From: Mycobacterium leprae TN
GTDB taxonomy: Bacteria; Actinomycetota; Actinomycetes; Mycobacteriales; Mycobacteriaceae
Direction: 5' to 3'
Assembly (NCBI RefSeq): GCF_000195855.1
Contig: NC_002677.1
Span: 2,970,001 to 3,002,000, forward strand
DNA length: 32,000 nucleotides
Numbering within the stretch: the first letter of the stretch is position 1; each line of letters starts with the position of its first letter. Under the pieces are notes generated by a model, which did not search any database, was not told the DNA's origin, and saw nothing but the letters and a program-made list of their open reading frames with translations. The position numbers and the translations under genes are program-made. Shown here piece after piece: positions 10,181 through 21,559 of this stretch.

Positions 10181-12823
10181 GTGACCACGCAGATGCTGAT
10201 CAGAATGGTGCTAGGCCTGAGTATGACCGCGGTCGTGCTGCTGTTCGCGGCACGTCGCGTCTTGTGGCTATACAAGCTGACCATGTCCGGTCAACCGGCC
10301 AACGGACGCACCGACGAGCTAGGCACCCGAATCTGGACGCAAATCACCGAGGTCTTCGGGCAACGGCGACTGTTGCAGTGGTCACTGCCAGGTTTGACGC
10401 ACTTATTCACCATGTGGGGCTTCTTCATCTTACTTACGGTCTACATCGAGGCCTACGGCGTGCTATTCCAGCCGAACTTCCACCTCCCGATCATCGGCCG
10501 CTGGAACGCGATAGGCTTCCTTCAGGACTTTTTTGCGCTAGCTGTACTGACTAGCACCGTCACGTTCGCGATTATCCGCATGCGTAACGAGCCAAAAGAA
10601 TACGGCCGCAAGTCCCGCTTCTACGGATCCCATACCGGCGGTGCGTGGTTGATCCTGTTCATGATCTTCAACGTGATTTGGACGTATGCCGTTTTTCGTG
10701 GGGCATCGGTCGATGCACTCGGCGAGGCGTTCCCTTACAACAGCGGCGCATTCTTCTCGCACGCCATAGCCGCAGTGCTGTATCCGTTGGGTCAAGGTGC
10801 TAACCAGATCATCGAAACCGTTGCGCTGTTGCTGCACATAGGCGTCATGCTGGCCTTCCTGCTGATCGTGCTGCACTCCAAACACCTGCACATTTTCCTA
10901 GCGCCGATCAACGTCACGTTTAAACGGCTGCCCGACGGGCTGGGCCCGTTGATGCCCATGGAATCGGACGGCGAACCAATCAACTTCGAGGATCCCAGCG
11001 AGGACGCTGTTTTCGGTCGCGGCAAGATCGAGGATTTCACCTGGAAAGCCATGCTCGACTTTGCCACCTGCACCGAGTGCGGGCGCTGCCAGTCTCAGTG
11101 TCCGGCCTGGAATACCGGCAAACCCCTGTCGCCCAAGCTCGTAATCATGGACCTGCGCGACCACTGGATGGCCAAGGCTCCCTACATCCTGGGAGAGAAA
11201 ACAGCAGAAAAGCTGGAGGGTCTCAACCTCGAGACGACCAAAGACAAGAGCCGCCATGTGCCGGAATCCGGATTCGGCCGGGTGCCTGGACACGGGCCCG
11301 AACAGGCGACTCGTCCGTTGGTCGGCACTGCCGAACAAGGCGGAGTGATCGATCCCGACGTGCTGTGGTCCTGTGTCACCTGCGGCGCCTGTGTCGAGCA
11401 GTGTCCGGTTGATATTGAGCACATAGATCACATTATTGATATGCGTCGCTACCAAGTAATGATGGAGTCAGAGTTCCCCTCCGAGTTGTCCACGTTGTTC
11501 AAGAACCTGGAAACCAAGGGCAACCCGTGGGGACAAAACGCTGGAGATCGGACCAACTGGATCGACGAGGTCGATTTCGACGTACCGGTCTACGGGGAGG
11601 ACGTTGACAGCTTCGACGGCTACGAATACCTGTTCTGGGTCGGCTGTGCCGGAGCCTACGACGACAAAGCCAAGAAGACCACTAAAGCCGTCGCCGAACT
11701 GCTGGCCATCGCCGGGGTAAAGTACCTGGTGCTAGGCACCGGCGAAACGTGCAACGGCGACTCGGCGCACCGCTCGGGCAACGAATTCCTGTTCCAACAG
11801 CTGGCCGCCCAGGCCGTCGAGATCCTGGATGGGCTTTTCGAGGGTGTGAATAGCGTCGACCGCAAGATTGTCGTCACCTGCCCGCACTGCTTCAACACTA
11901 TCGGCAAGGAATATCGACAACTGGGCGGCAACTACACTGTGCTGCACCACACTCAGCTGCTCAACTGGCTAGTGCACGACAAAAAGCTGGTCCCGGTCAC
12001 GCCGGTGTCCCAAGACATCACCTACCACGACCCGTGCTATCTAGGCCGGCACAACAAGGTGTACGAGGCCCCGCGTGAACTGGTCAGGGCCGCGGGAGCC
12101 AACTTCACCGAAATGCCACGGCACGCCGAGCGCAGCTTCTGCTGCGGCGCAGGAGGCGCGCGTATGTGGATGGAAGAGCACATCGGCAAGCGGATCAACC
12201 ACGAACGCGTCGACGAGGCGCTAGCCACCAACGCCACCACGATCGCCACCGCGTGCCCGTTCTGTCGGGTGATGGTCACCGACGGTGTCAACGACCGGCA
12301 GGAAGAAGCCGGTCGCAGCGGCGTCGAGGTGCTTGATGTGGCCCAGGTACTACTCGGCTCACTCGACTACGACAAGGCGAAACTGCCGGCGAAGGGCACG
12401 GCCGCAGCAGAGATCACCAAAACTGCCGGACTTTCCCCCGCCAAACCCACTGAGTCTGAGGCGCCAGCGCCGGAGAAGAGCACCCAAGCTGCAGCATCAG
12501 CCGCACCCGCCAAAGGAATAAGACTGGCCGCCGGAGCCAAGCAACCTGACGCCAAAAAACCAGTATCTCAAACCACGTCAGCTAAAGCAACCGAGGCACC
12601 GGCTGCCACAGTACCCGTTAAGGGGCTCGGTATAGCTGGTGGCGCCAAGCGACCCGGAGCGAAAAAAAGCCCTGACCAAGCCGAAACTCCCGCACCCACC
12701 GAGTCGAAATCGGAAGCAAAGCCGGAACCGTCTGACCATGCCGATGGCAACCCGGCTCCGCCAACCGCGCCCGTCAAAAGGCTGGGCATCACACGGAGCG
12801 CACGTCCGCCGGGCAAGCACTGA
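10181..12823 (+). CDS. Membrane-anchored iron-sulfur-binding reductase (heterodisulfide reductase/CCG-domain type; Rv0338c-like), 880 aa
   Basis: N-terminal transmembrane helices, then [18 protein letters not shown] and [20 protein letters not shown] ferredoxin-like motifs, CCG motifs ([12 protein letters not shown]...[18 protein letters not shown]...[15 protein letters not shown]), and an Ala/Pro/Lys-rich tail. GTG start. Confidence 0.95.
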   Translation: MTTQMLIRMVLGLSMTAVVLLFAARRVLWLYKLTMSGQPANGRTDELGTRIWTQITEVFGQRRLLQWSLPGLTHLFTMWGFFILLTVYIEAYGVLFQPNFHLPIIGRWNAIGFLQDFFALAVLTSTVTFAIIRMRNEPKEYGRKSRFYGSHTGGAWLILFMIFNVIWTYAVFRGASVDALGEAFPYNSGAFFSHAIAAVLYPLGQGANQIIETVALLLHIGVMLAFLLIVLHSKHLHIFLAPINVTFKRLPDGLGPLMPMESDGEPINFEDPSEDAVFGRGKIEDFTWKAMLDFATCTECGRCQSQCPAWNTGKPLSPKLVIMDLRDHWMAKAPYILGEKTAEKLEGLNLETTKDKSRHVPESGFGRVPGHGPEQATRPLVGTAEQGGVIDPDVLWSCVTCGACVEQCPVDIEHIDHIIDMRRYQVMMESEFPSELSTLFKNLETKGNPWGQNAGDRTNWIDEVDFDVPVYGEDVDSFDGYEYLFWVGCAGAYDDKAKKTTKAVAELLAIAGVKYLVLGTGETCNGDSAHRSGNEFLFQQLAAQAVEILDGLFEGVNSVDRKIVVTCPHCFNTIGKEYRQLGGNYTVLHHTQLLNWLVHDKKLVPVTPVSQDITYHDPCYLGRHNKVYEAPRELVRAAGANFTEMPRHAERSFCCGAGGARMWMEEHIGKRINHERVDEALATNATTIATACPFCRVMVTDGVNDRQEEAGRSGVEVLDVAQVLLGSLDYDKAKLPAKGTAAAEITKTAGLSPAKPTESEAPAPEKSTQAAASAAPAKGIRLAAGAKQPDAKKPVSQTTSAKATEAPAATVPVKGLGIAGGAKRPGAKKSPDQAETPAPTESKSEAKPEPSDHADGNPAPPTAPVKRLGITRSARPPGKH

Positions 12824-12873
12824 CCAAGAGATTGACACTATATCAGCAAATTTCAGTGGACGGCAGTGGCACC

Positions 12874-14145
12874 ATGAGTGACGTGACTACTCACCAGCTG
12901 CCCATGCACACCCCTGGCTATCACCGGCAACGTGCCTTCGCGCAGTCGTCCAAGCTTCAGGACGTCCTCTACGAAATCCGTGGCCCGGTGAGCCAGCATG
13001 CCACACGACTAGAAACTGAAGGACACCGCATCCTCAAACTGAATATCGGTAACCCAGCGCTGTTCGGGTTCGACGCACCTGACGTAATTATGCGCGACAT
13101 GATCCAGGCGCTGCCGTACGCGCAGGGGTACTCCGACTCCCAGGGCATCCTGCCTGCACGTCGCGCGGTGGTTACCCGCTACGAGCTGGTCGACGGGTTC
13201 CCCCGATTCGACGTCGATGACGTCTATCTCGGCAACGGCGTCTCCGAGCTGATCACGATGACGCTGCAGGCCCTGTTAGACAACGGCGATCAGGTGCTGA
13301 TCCCCTCGCCGGACTACCCGCTGTGGACAGCGTCGACCTCGCTGGCCGGTGGCACACCCGTACATTACCTCTGCGACGAAACCCAAGGCTGGCAACCAGA
13401 TATCGCCGACGTGGAATCTAAGATCACCGAGCGCACCAAAGCACTGGTCGTGATCAACCCCAACAACCCTACCGGCGCCGTCTACAGCAACGAAATCCTT
13501 AACCAAATAGTCGACCTAGCACGTAAGCATCAGCTGCTGCTGCTTGCCGACGAGATCTACGACAAGATTCTCTATGACGACACCAAGCACATCAGCGTGG
13601 CCTCAATTGCGCCTGATCTACTGTGCTTGACCTTCAACGGTCTTTCGAAAGCCTACCGTGTCGCCGGGTACCGGTCCGGCTGGCTAGCGATCACCGGGCC
13701 CAAGGACCATGCCAGTAGCTTCATTGGGGGGATCAATCTACTGGCCAATATGCGGTTATGCCCGAATGTTCCTGCGCAGCATGCGATCCAGGTAGCCCTC
13801 GGTGGCCACCAGAGCATCGAAGACTTGGTGCTACCGGGCGGTCGGCTGCTCGAGCAGCGTGACGTCGCCTGGACCAAACTGAACGAGATCCCGGGGGTGT
13901 CATGCGTCAAACCCACCGGTGCACTGTATGCCTTTCCCCGGCTAGATCCAGAAGTCTATGGCATCGTCGATGACGAGCAACTGGTCCTCGACCTGCTACT
14001 ACAAGAGAAGATCCTGGTCACCCAGGGCAGCGGATTCAATTGGCCGGCACCGGATCATCTGCGCTTGGTGACGCTGCCGTGGTCTCGTGACCTTGCGGCT
14101 GCGATCGACCGGCTCGGTAACTTCTTGGTCAGTTACCGTCAATAG
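12874..14145 (+). CDS. aspC: Aspartate/alanine aminotransferase (PLP class I/II; Rv0337c-like)
   Basis: MSDVTTHQLPMHTPGYHRQRAF...LNIGNPALFGF...VVINPNNPTGAVYS...LLADEIYDKILYD...TFNGLSKAYRVAGYRSGW. An upstream in-frame start at 12832 is possible. Confidence 0.93.
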   Translation: MSDVTTHQLPMHTPGYHRQRAFAQSSKLQDVLYEIRGPVSQHATRLETEGHRILKLNIGNPALFGFDAPDVIMRDMIQALPYAQGYSDSQGILPARRAVVTRYELVDGFPRFDVDDVYLGNGVSELITMTLQALLDNGDQVLIPSPDYPLWTASTSLAGGTPVHYLCDETQGWQPDIADVESKITERTKALVVINPNNPTGAVYSNEILNQIVDLARKHQLLLLADEIYDKILYDDTKHISVASIAPDLLCLTFNGLSKAYRVAGYRSGWLAITGPKDHASSFIGGINLLANMRLCPNVPAQHAIQVALGGHQSIEDLVLPGGRLLEQRDVAWTKLNEIPGVSCVKPTGALYAFPRLDPEVYGIVDDEQLVLDLLLQEKILVTQGSGFNWPAPDHLRLVTLPWSRDLAAAIDRLGNFLVSYRQ

Positions 14146-14299
14146 TTTGCTCAGCACCGCAGACCGAACACAGGGCGAAGTGCTGACCAGCGAGAACGTG
14201 TCATCGAGTTGGTGCGCTCGGCGGTGGATGGCATAGCGCTTGCTCCGTCAGTCCCGTTGACCACAACAGTCGCCGCGGTGTTGGCTAAGCCTGCCGAAA

Positions 14300-15166
14300 T
14301 CAACCGCGTTCCAAAAGTTCTGACAGGTAACAGCCATACCCTGACTTAGCCAAGCTATGTGCGCGCAAGGCGAGCTGCTCGTCGTCGATCCAACCCATCC
14401 GCCACGACACTTCCTCGGGAACGCTGACCTTCAAACCTTGCCGACGTTCCAACGTGCGGACAAAGTCACTAGCGTCCAGCAGTGAGTCGAAAGTCCCCGT
14501 GTCAAGCCATGCCGTCCCGCGAGCCAACACTTCGACCGTCAGCCGGCCTTGGTTGAGGTAGATCTGATTAACCTCCGTGATCTCATATTCACCTCGCGCT
14601 GATTTAGTTAAGCCCCTGGCAATCTCGACCACGTCGTTGTCATAGAAATACAAACCCGGAACCGCGTACTGAGATTTTGGCGTGGCGGGTTTCTCCTCTA
14701 AGGATAACGCTATGCCATCAATACCCAGCTCTACGATACCATAGGACGACGGATTAGCCACACAATAGGCGAAAATAGCTCCTCCGCTGACATATTGGAA
14801 GCGTCTCAGGCTTGTCCCCAGTCCGGGTCCATAGAAAATGTTGTCCCCCAGAACCAATGCCACTGTGTCGGCGCCGATGTGATTGGCACCAATGACGAAT
14901 GCCTGCGCCAGACCGTCGGGATGATCCTGTGTCGCGTAGCTGATGTTGACACCAAATTGTGTGCCGTCTCCTAAGAGTCGCTTAAACCCGGGTGCGTCGT
15001 GAGCGGTGGTAATCACCAAGATGTCGCGGATGCCGGCCATCATCAGCGTGGACAGCGGATAATAAATCATAGGTTTGTCGTATACCGGCAATAACTGCTT
15101 GCTAATGCCCAGCGTGATTGGGTACAGCCGTGTACCAGAGCCGCCAGCCAAGATAATCCCCCGCAT
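14300..15166 (-). CDS. rmlA: Glucose-1-phosphate thymidylyltransferase, 288 aa
   Basis: [54 protein letters not shown]... canonical RmlA sequence over full length. Confidence 0.98.
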   Translation of the reverse strand: MRGIILAGGSGTRLYPITLGISKQLLPVYDKPMIYYPLSTLMMAGIRDILVITTAHDAPGFKRLLGDGTQFGVNISYATQDHPDGLAQAFVIGANHIGADTVALVLGDNIFYGPGLGTSLRRFQYVSGGAIFAYCVANPSSYGIVELGIDGIALSLEEKPATPKSQYAVPGLYFYDNDVVEIARGLTKSARGEYEITEVNQIYLNQGRLTVEVLARGTAWLDTGTFDSLLDASDFVRTLERRQGLKVSVPEEVSWRMGWIDDEQLALRAHSLAKSGYGCYLSELLERG

Positions 15167-15189
15167 AGGTAGCTCCTAACGCTTCTTAT

Positions 15190-15576
15190 CGACCACTGAT
15201 TGACGAAATCAGCTTCAGTGAGATCGACGGCTTCTAGCGCCGACCAAAGTCTCATACCGGAACACCGACGTTACGTACGTGCTCGTGGAGCACTCAAAAA
15301 GCCGATGCAGCGATTGTAACGGCGCCTGAGTCTTCCAGACTGCAGATCTTCTGTTCGACGACCACGACATCATGGCGCACGTACATACGGCCCAAGTCCA
15401 CCGCGGTCTTGACGGATGTTGCCCACCGACGCGGCACCGCATGGCACTGGTATTCGGTGCCGGAACCTGCTGCCGACGTCTATATCATCACTGGACAAGG
15501 TCACCAAGGTCTCGCAGTCCACGGCGTTGAGGGCGTGGTGCCGCGCCAAAACGGTGGCGATCTCCGATATGCTCAT
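15190..15576 (-). pseudogene. Small conserved mycobacterial protein (SnoaL/NTF2-like, Rv0333-like), frameshifted
   Basis: MSISEIATVLARHHALNAVDCETLVTLSSDDIDVG then broken frames VVEQKI...AVTIAASAF*VLHEHVRNVGV...LTEAD, next to rmlA. Confidence 0.5.
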
Positions 15577-16689
15577 GGTCTGCAAACTACTGTGTGAGCT
15601 TAGCATCCGACATCGTCGGCCTAGCCCAAAACGGCATGCGGTCCAGCCCGGTTTTGCCACACGACATCGTAGCCGTACATCTCGATACCGGGAAGCGGCA
15701 ACAGACATTCAGAGCATCATCGCCAGCAGCAGCTCGGTGGCGCCACCGCGTAGTGGCGCCACCAACACCCGGCTGTGCTAGTACAACCAGGAGACGGCAT
15801 CGTCGAGCGACCGGTCGAGTTTCAGGGATAGCAATCACCGCAGCCGACGTGGTGGACCCGTTATTTAAGGCTCCAACCCAGCCACGTAGGCAACGGGCTG
15901 GATTCGTCGGCATCACGGGTACGATTCGAAAAGGCGCGGTTCTGCTCGAGAAATGCAGCCAGGTGCCGGAGGTGGTCAGGCTACCCGGCGGGTCATAACC
16001 GATTCGCCGGCGAGACAGGCCGCTGGAGTTACCCAGCATCAGCGGACAGCTGTTTTGTGGGTTTCGTTTTGGTCTGCAAAGTGTGTGGTATCCACGGTTA
16101 GATCAGGAACTGAAATGTATTTATGCACGGCCGTTTGTGTACGGTGCGCACCGTTTCATTAGCGTAGTCGGCGCAGTAATTCGGTGCCACGCTGCTAGAC
16201 ACTGATCCGGCAAGTGCTGCCGACTCGGGTCACGTTGAATAGCCAATTGAGTATTGGGGTCCGGACGGTTCGAACGAGAGCGCCGCGACGATGATCAACA
16301 CCTGCCACTAAGTCGAAATCCCAGCTCTTGGTTTTCAACTCTGCCGGTAAGTAAGATCGAGAACGTGGCCCCATATTGCGTAAGCATCAGTAGCCCAGCC
16401 GATACCGCCACGGTGGTATCTGTCAAATCGTCCAGACCGAGATGCCGAACACACGTTGGAATGCCCAGCCTAGCGGCAAGGTTACGAATACCCTCTGTCC
16501 CTCCATTAACGTCAATAGCGGCATGGCACACCCTGGGACTCCAGGTGATCGCCTACCACTGCATAGCCGATGTAGCCGCCCGAACAGTGCAGACAATATT
16601 TTCGTGACACACCAGGGCGGAGGCGCCTTCAACGCCGGCCACAGCGCTGAACACAACCACACCACGCATCGTTAGGGTCAGCACGCGAC

Positions 16690-17403
16690 GCGCCTAAATA
16701 CCCGCCAACCTGCCTGCTGATAACGGGTGATGTCCAGGCAAGTACGGCCGTCGACGATCATCCGGGCCCGCACGTGGTCGGCTAAATCCACTAGGTGGAG
16801 GTCGTTAAATCCGGCCACTTAGTAAGCACCAAGACCGTATCCGCGGACATGCAGGCCTCCACCACGGAAACTGCGTAGTTCAGCGTGGGGCATTGGCGAC
16901 GCGAGTTGTCCAGGGCTTTGGGAGCCATCCCTACAATTCACCGCACCACCATTGAACTACAGCTGGCCGCAACGTTGAGCGCGGGCGAGTCACTCAGTAT
17001 CGTCGGATTCGGGTTGAAAAGCCACGTCAAATACAGCGACGTTGGTTCTTAGCAGCGCGCCACCCCCATGCGGTGGTGGCCCAGCTCAACCATCCGAGTG
17101 AAGCACCGTATGTTGACACTGTCCCTTTCAGCCAGGAACGTCCGCACCTGGTTGGCTCCCAGCTCCCCGGCGCATGCCATAAAGGCGCGGATGTCCTTGG
17201 GCAGACAACCACCACAGAAATCCAAACCCGCATTAAGACATCGCGAATCGTATCCGAGCACACTGGCTAGCAGGCTGAAACCAGCATAGGCGACTTCGCA
17301 CATCTCAGAGACCGGGTTGATGAACGAAATCTTTTTGCCAGAAACGCATTAGCAGATACCTTGACCAACTCCGCGGTCTGCAGGTCGGTCACCAAAATAG
17401 CAC
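16690..17403 (-). pseudogene. udgA: UDP-glucose 6-dehydrogenase (C-terminal two-thirds only), multiple frameshifts
   Basis: ILVTDLQTAELVKVSANAF / LAKKISFINPVSEMCEVAYAGFSLLASVLGYDSRCLNAGLDFCGGCLPKDIRAFMACAGELGANQVRTFLAERDSVNIRCFTRMVELG / GGALLRTNVAVFDVAFQPESDD / LNGGAVN...PKALDNSRRQCPTLNYAVSV / VEACMSADTVLVLTKWPDL / IVDGRTCLDI: all in order, in different frames. Confidence 0.9.
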
Positions 17404-17860
17404 ACCCACTTCACGATGACGGCCGGGCTGGCAACACTTGCACTCCTGCTCTTCATATACATCCACGATGGAGCCATCGGCGGTCTCGACGACAGCCAAA
17501 ATTCGCACTCGTAACCCATTGTCCTGCCATCAGCCACGACTAGGAACGGGCCGATAACAGCAAGGCGTTCTCAACGCTTATAGGTGGCCAGCGTGTCGCG
17601 TAGCACAACCAGCCACGACCTGATCGGTCCACGTCACCCCAATAGCGGACAGCTGAAGGCCGGCTTCAACCACGCCTTCACAGGTACCCAGAATGGCCGA
17701 GATAGCCTTATCTGGTGCGCTGGCGGTATTAGAAAATTAGCGGCCACCTCCCCATTCGACCATGATGCCATCAGAATTTTCTCCCTCGACCAGGACCAGC
17801 GGCACCGAAGCCGATGCCATCGCCACCCCGAACACGCTACCTAAGACCTCGCCAAAAATT
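17404..17860 (-). pseudogene. Fragment of a mycobacterial DUF7159-type hypothetical protein
   Basis: Reverse strand: APDKAISAILGTCEGVVEAGLQLSAIGVTWTDQVVAG / RVENALLLSA / ILAVVETADGSIVDVYEEQE, resembling the AIL.TREGA..AG..LSSIGVTWTDQ...VENVMLVSA...LAVVDTADGSIVDV pattern of that family (family name from memory). Confidence 0.5.
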
Positions 17861-17948
17861 TTGCGAGACAGCCGTAATCTGAGCGGAGGAGAAACCACAC
17901 GACAGCGCAGACTATGGCCGGGAAGACTGTGCTGCGTGCCGGTAGAAG

Positions 17949-18521
17949 CTAGGTATTTTTTATGAAATTCTCGTAGCTTCGGGATGGTGTCGGCCCCCGT
18001 TGACCCTGATATTTTGACCCCGCGCTCGCACTACCGTAGGGATGTTCCGCCGGACTGGTCAAGCGCAAAACGCACAGCTGGCCGATCTTCATGCCTGGCC
18101 ACAGGGTGATCGGCAAGTTAGCAACATTGGACAGTTCGAGCGTGATGTGGCCACAGAAGCCAGGATCAATGAAACCCGCGGTCGAGTGCGTCAACAGGCC
18201 CAGCCGGCCCAGCGATGATTTGCCTTCCAGCCGTCCTGCTAAGTCCTCGGGCAGGGTGAATAATTCTAGCGTGGAGCCAAGCACAAATCCACCCGGGTGC
18301 AGTACAAACGGTTCCCCGTCAACCAGTTCTACCAGGCTCGTCAGCTCATCCTGTTGTCGCGCGGGGTCGATGTGAGTGTAGCGGGTGTTGTTGAACACGC
18401 GGAACATGCAGTCAAGGCGAACATCAATGCTGGACGGCTGCACCAGGGTGTCGTCGAACGGATCGATGCTGAATCGGCCGGCGGTGATTTCGGCCCTGAG
18501 GTCACGATCGGAGAGCAGCAC
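17949..18521 (-). CDS. dcd: dCTP deaminase, 190 aa
   Basis: [53 protein letters not shown]...[37 protein letters not shown]... The GTG at 18521 matches the usual Dcd N-terminus rather than the ORF-track start at 18554. Confidence 0.97.
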   Translation of the reverse strand: MLLSDRDLRAEITAGRFSIDPFDDTLVQPSSIDVRLDCMFRVFNNTRYTHIDPARQQDELTSLVELVDGEPFVLHPGGFVLGSTLELFTLPEDLAGRLEGKSSLGRLGLLTHSTAGFIDPGFCGHITLELSNVANLPITLWPGMKIGQLCVLRLTSPAEHPYGSASAGSKYQGQRGPTPSRSYENFIKNT

Positions 18522-19355
18522 CCGATGAGCGTATCTGCCACCGACTACATTCAATTAGCGTCACCGGATCCACCCCGTTAGCAGAGGTCGTTTTCCTGAC
18601 CCGTGGGGTACCCGCCCCCGGTAATGGCATCGTGGACGTGGTCATAGTTGCCGAACCCCGTAACGTGCGCACCACAGGTGTGTTTGTGTTATAGTATAAT
18701 TCATCGCCAATCGCGTCTCGCACTCAAATCAGGTTGCGTTGTCGAGCACAAAAGCGACGATCGCGTTTCCCAGCGTGACCCCCTCGGGGGCATCGGGGTT
18801 GGAAATCACCACATCGATCGCAAAGCACCCGGATGCCATTTCAACGAATCCGTTCGCACGCAAACAATTTCACGTATCAAGAAGAAAGCCGCGGCGATGG
18901 CGCACGCCACCAAGATGGCCATCACTTGTAGGCTCTGCTCCGGTGCGACCCCAACAGGCAAAAAACGAGCGCGGCGACAAGCCATCTAGATAGCCGAGTG
19001 TACTCGCCCGCATCGCTCCCCTAGCCACCGCACAGAGCACGGCTGCTAAGGCCAGGATGTAGCCAACACCAGTGACAACTTTCGTCGGTTCCTCGGAATT
19101 TTGTGACAAACCACGGAAAGCATCTTCCGAGATAACGAACGAATCAACATACCCCGTTAAAAATCTAGTAGTTATCCGCTGACCAGGACAAACGGGTTAA
19201 TCGGGTTGCACCAAAAAACTTCCCGCACTTTCACGTCAGCGCGACGGCATTTCGACGTCGACACCATAAACGCGGCGCCTTGAAGTCATGCTCAGTGAGC
19301 AGTAGGGAGCCTACCTGCTAGTGCAACAGCAGATGCTAGCCTTTCAAGCAACCGC

Positions 19356-19429
19356 GCCGATGTAGTTCAATGGCAGAACATCAGCTTCCCAAGCTGAATA
19401 CGCGGGTTCGATTCCCGTCATCGGCTCCA
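19356..19429 (+). tRNA. tRNA-Gly, anticodon CCC (with encoded CCA)
   Basis: GCCGATG-TAGTTCAATGGCAGAAC-A-TCAGC-TTCCCAA-GCTGA-ATAC-GCGGG-TTCGATT-CCCGT-CATCGGC-T-CCA; acceptor, anticodon and T stems pair; loop TTCCCAA gives anticodon CCC. Confidence 0.95.
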
Positions 19430-20329
19430 TACATGATCAGCGCGAGTAATGTCCGAACATCGGTTCGGTGCGCAGCCTCGCACCCCGCCCACGCGGCAAA
19501 TGCAAGCTACCTAGCTTGTGCAAACACTCCTGCACGCGACATCGTCCCCAAATCGTTTGCTGCCCTCCGACCGTCGGATCGCGACGCCACTCGCACTGTC
19601 ATACGACGTCTTATTTCGTTATCCTCAACCTAAACAACATGGTGAATGCGAGTGGCACTAAATGCTATCGTGTTCCTTCGCCAAGGTAGTCGAGCAGTTC
19701 GAAATCCACGGCTACTTTGTGATAGCGCTGGACCGATTGTGCACTGCTATGGCATCACGAGGGCCATAAAAGTAAAAGCACCAACATAGACGCCCGGCGC
19801 ATGGCCTATCGAACTCCAACATGACTGCTGGCTGGGCAAACTCGGGACCCGACATGCCTGGGAATTCCTGCCGGGAACCCATGCCAGCAGCTTGTTACCA
19901 GCAGCCTATTACTAGAGTAATCGCTTCATCGAATTTCGACGGCAGCGGGCAGTGGGTTCTATGTGTTACAGCATGCTTGCGATGGAGTCTGCTGCATCTG
20001 TACTCGGGCTGGCCCAGTGGATCTCCGAATAGGAGGTCCACTGGGCGCCCAACCGAAAACCCCTTCCCTAAAGCACTCGCACGCACCTGACGTTACGTCC
20101 GCATCCAGCTTGCCTGAAAAAAGATTGACGACATCCAACGATTTATTATTGTGGAACCTTGAAGGGCTAATCGTCGGTGTTTGCGGCGCGGCCATCCAGC
20201 TACAAGTGATGTATCAAGCCTAGCACAGTTGTTACCCGAAGCGGCCAAAATCGATACCGTCTATTAACTTGCTCGCTGTCGTGTCGCGCGGAACAGCACA
20301 GTGCGCTGCGTATATGCTCAGAATGACAG

Positions 20330-20911
20330 GTGATAATGAAGCACGACAAGCGATTGTTATGACTTATCCCTGCGAACGAGACGATCTGCTTCGGTCCCCA
20401 CGTTGCCGGTGAGGGCTTATTCGATGCCGATGCAAAGATCAACGACACGCTGGTCCATAACTATTTGAGCGGCAGGTACCGGATATCCACCGATTGTTAT
20501 CCAACTCAGCACTACCAAGGCGTCAAAAGTGGCCGCTACGCCGCACTGCTGGACATTGCGCAGGACCATGCTTTGCATGCGCTCCACAACTCTGGGCCGT
20601 TAGAAGCCAGCTTGTTGTTCAAGAGCGACACCGCGCTACGCAAATTCAGAACCGGAAATGCCGGCCGCTTCTTGATCGACCTCGATTTCACCGTACCCGA
20701 CGATGAGATGACACTCGCCAATCTGCAAACTCGCAATGGCACCAAGATCGACGGTTTCACCTTCGCGATCCTCAATTTCGATGGGGTCTTTAGGCCCTTG
20801 GAGCACGCTCGACGAGGCGCTCACCCAGCTACTGTAAGTGCTCACGATCTACCGCGACGGGGTCGACGACGGCCGTGGAACCAAACCCGTGAGCCCGAAG
20901 GATGTCCTTAG
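20330..20911 (+). pseudogene. AbiEii-like nucleotidyltransferase toxin-family relic (Rv0836c-like)
   Basis: GVKSGRYAALLDIAQDHALHALHNSGPLEASLLFKSDTALRKFRTGNAGRFLIDLDFTVPDDEM...; the FKGGTALRK..xGxxGRFSxDLDF motif is recognisable but has lost residues (FKSDTALRK, RFLIDLDF), and downstream the frame dissolves. Confidence 0.65.
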
Positions 20912-21559
20912 GCCGCGCAATGTAGCCAACTGCCGTCGAAAGGATATCGGCTATATCATTAGGCCTGTTCGGCTCAACAAATAAATCGCCACCATCCGCA
21001 GCCGCTATACCGTCATTTTCCAACGCGTCGCCTAATAACGGAGTTGAGCCGACTGCAACGAGCGGGCTCTCTACGAAGTGAACAAGGCATTGGCATCGTT
21101 TTCACTCCATCCACGATAAAATCGTGGAACCAACGGTCTGATGCTTCGGCATCTAAGAAGGGTTCCATCGTCACGAAGACCCCGTCCGTGATCAGGTTAG
21201 ATGTCCTGAATCGACCTCCCAGACCTGAACACACGGATTCGATGCCCGTTCACCAGCTCCATGCTTAGCAAGAAAAACTCGTGATGCGTTCAGAAGACGC
21301 ATTACCACGGTGGTTCGAGTCGGGCTGAGCATCAGAAAGCGCCGTGCCGACACGGTCACTGGCGGGGTGATAAGCTGTTCCGGCACAAACTGCACGAAGA
21401 TTGCTTTCATGGCAGAGACGATCATGCTCAACACTCCACCCAGCATTTTGATCGCAGCATGATCCGTGAACACGGCGAGATGATGAGCCATCGTCCCGTA
21501 CCCGGTGTGCCCGAACGGTGATATCAGTATCTAGCCACTTCAGCGTACACCAACAACAC

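Noticed and set aside
10898-11931. Several - strand ORFs (185 aa, 91 aa, etc.)
   Set aside because: Antisense shadows within the Fe-S reductase gene.
15409-16039. Overlapping + 134 aa and - 150 aa ORFs
   Set aside because: Neither translation resembles a coherent protein; most likely random ORFs in pseudogene DNA.
20465-20911. 148 aa ORF considered as an intact gene
   Set aside because: The recognisable domain starts and ends mid-fold and the catalytic motif is degraded; scored as an AbiEii-like relic instead.
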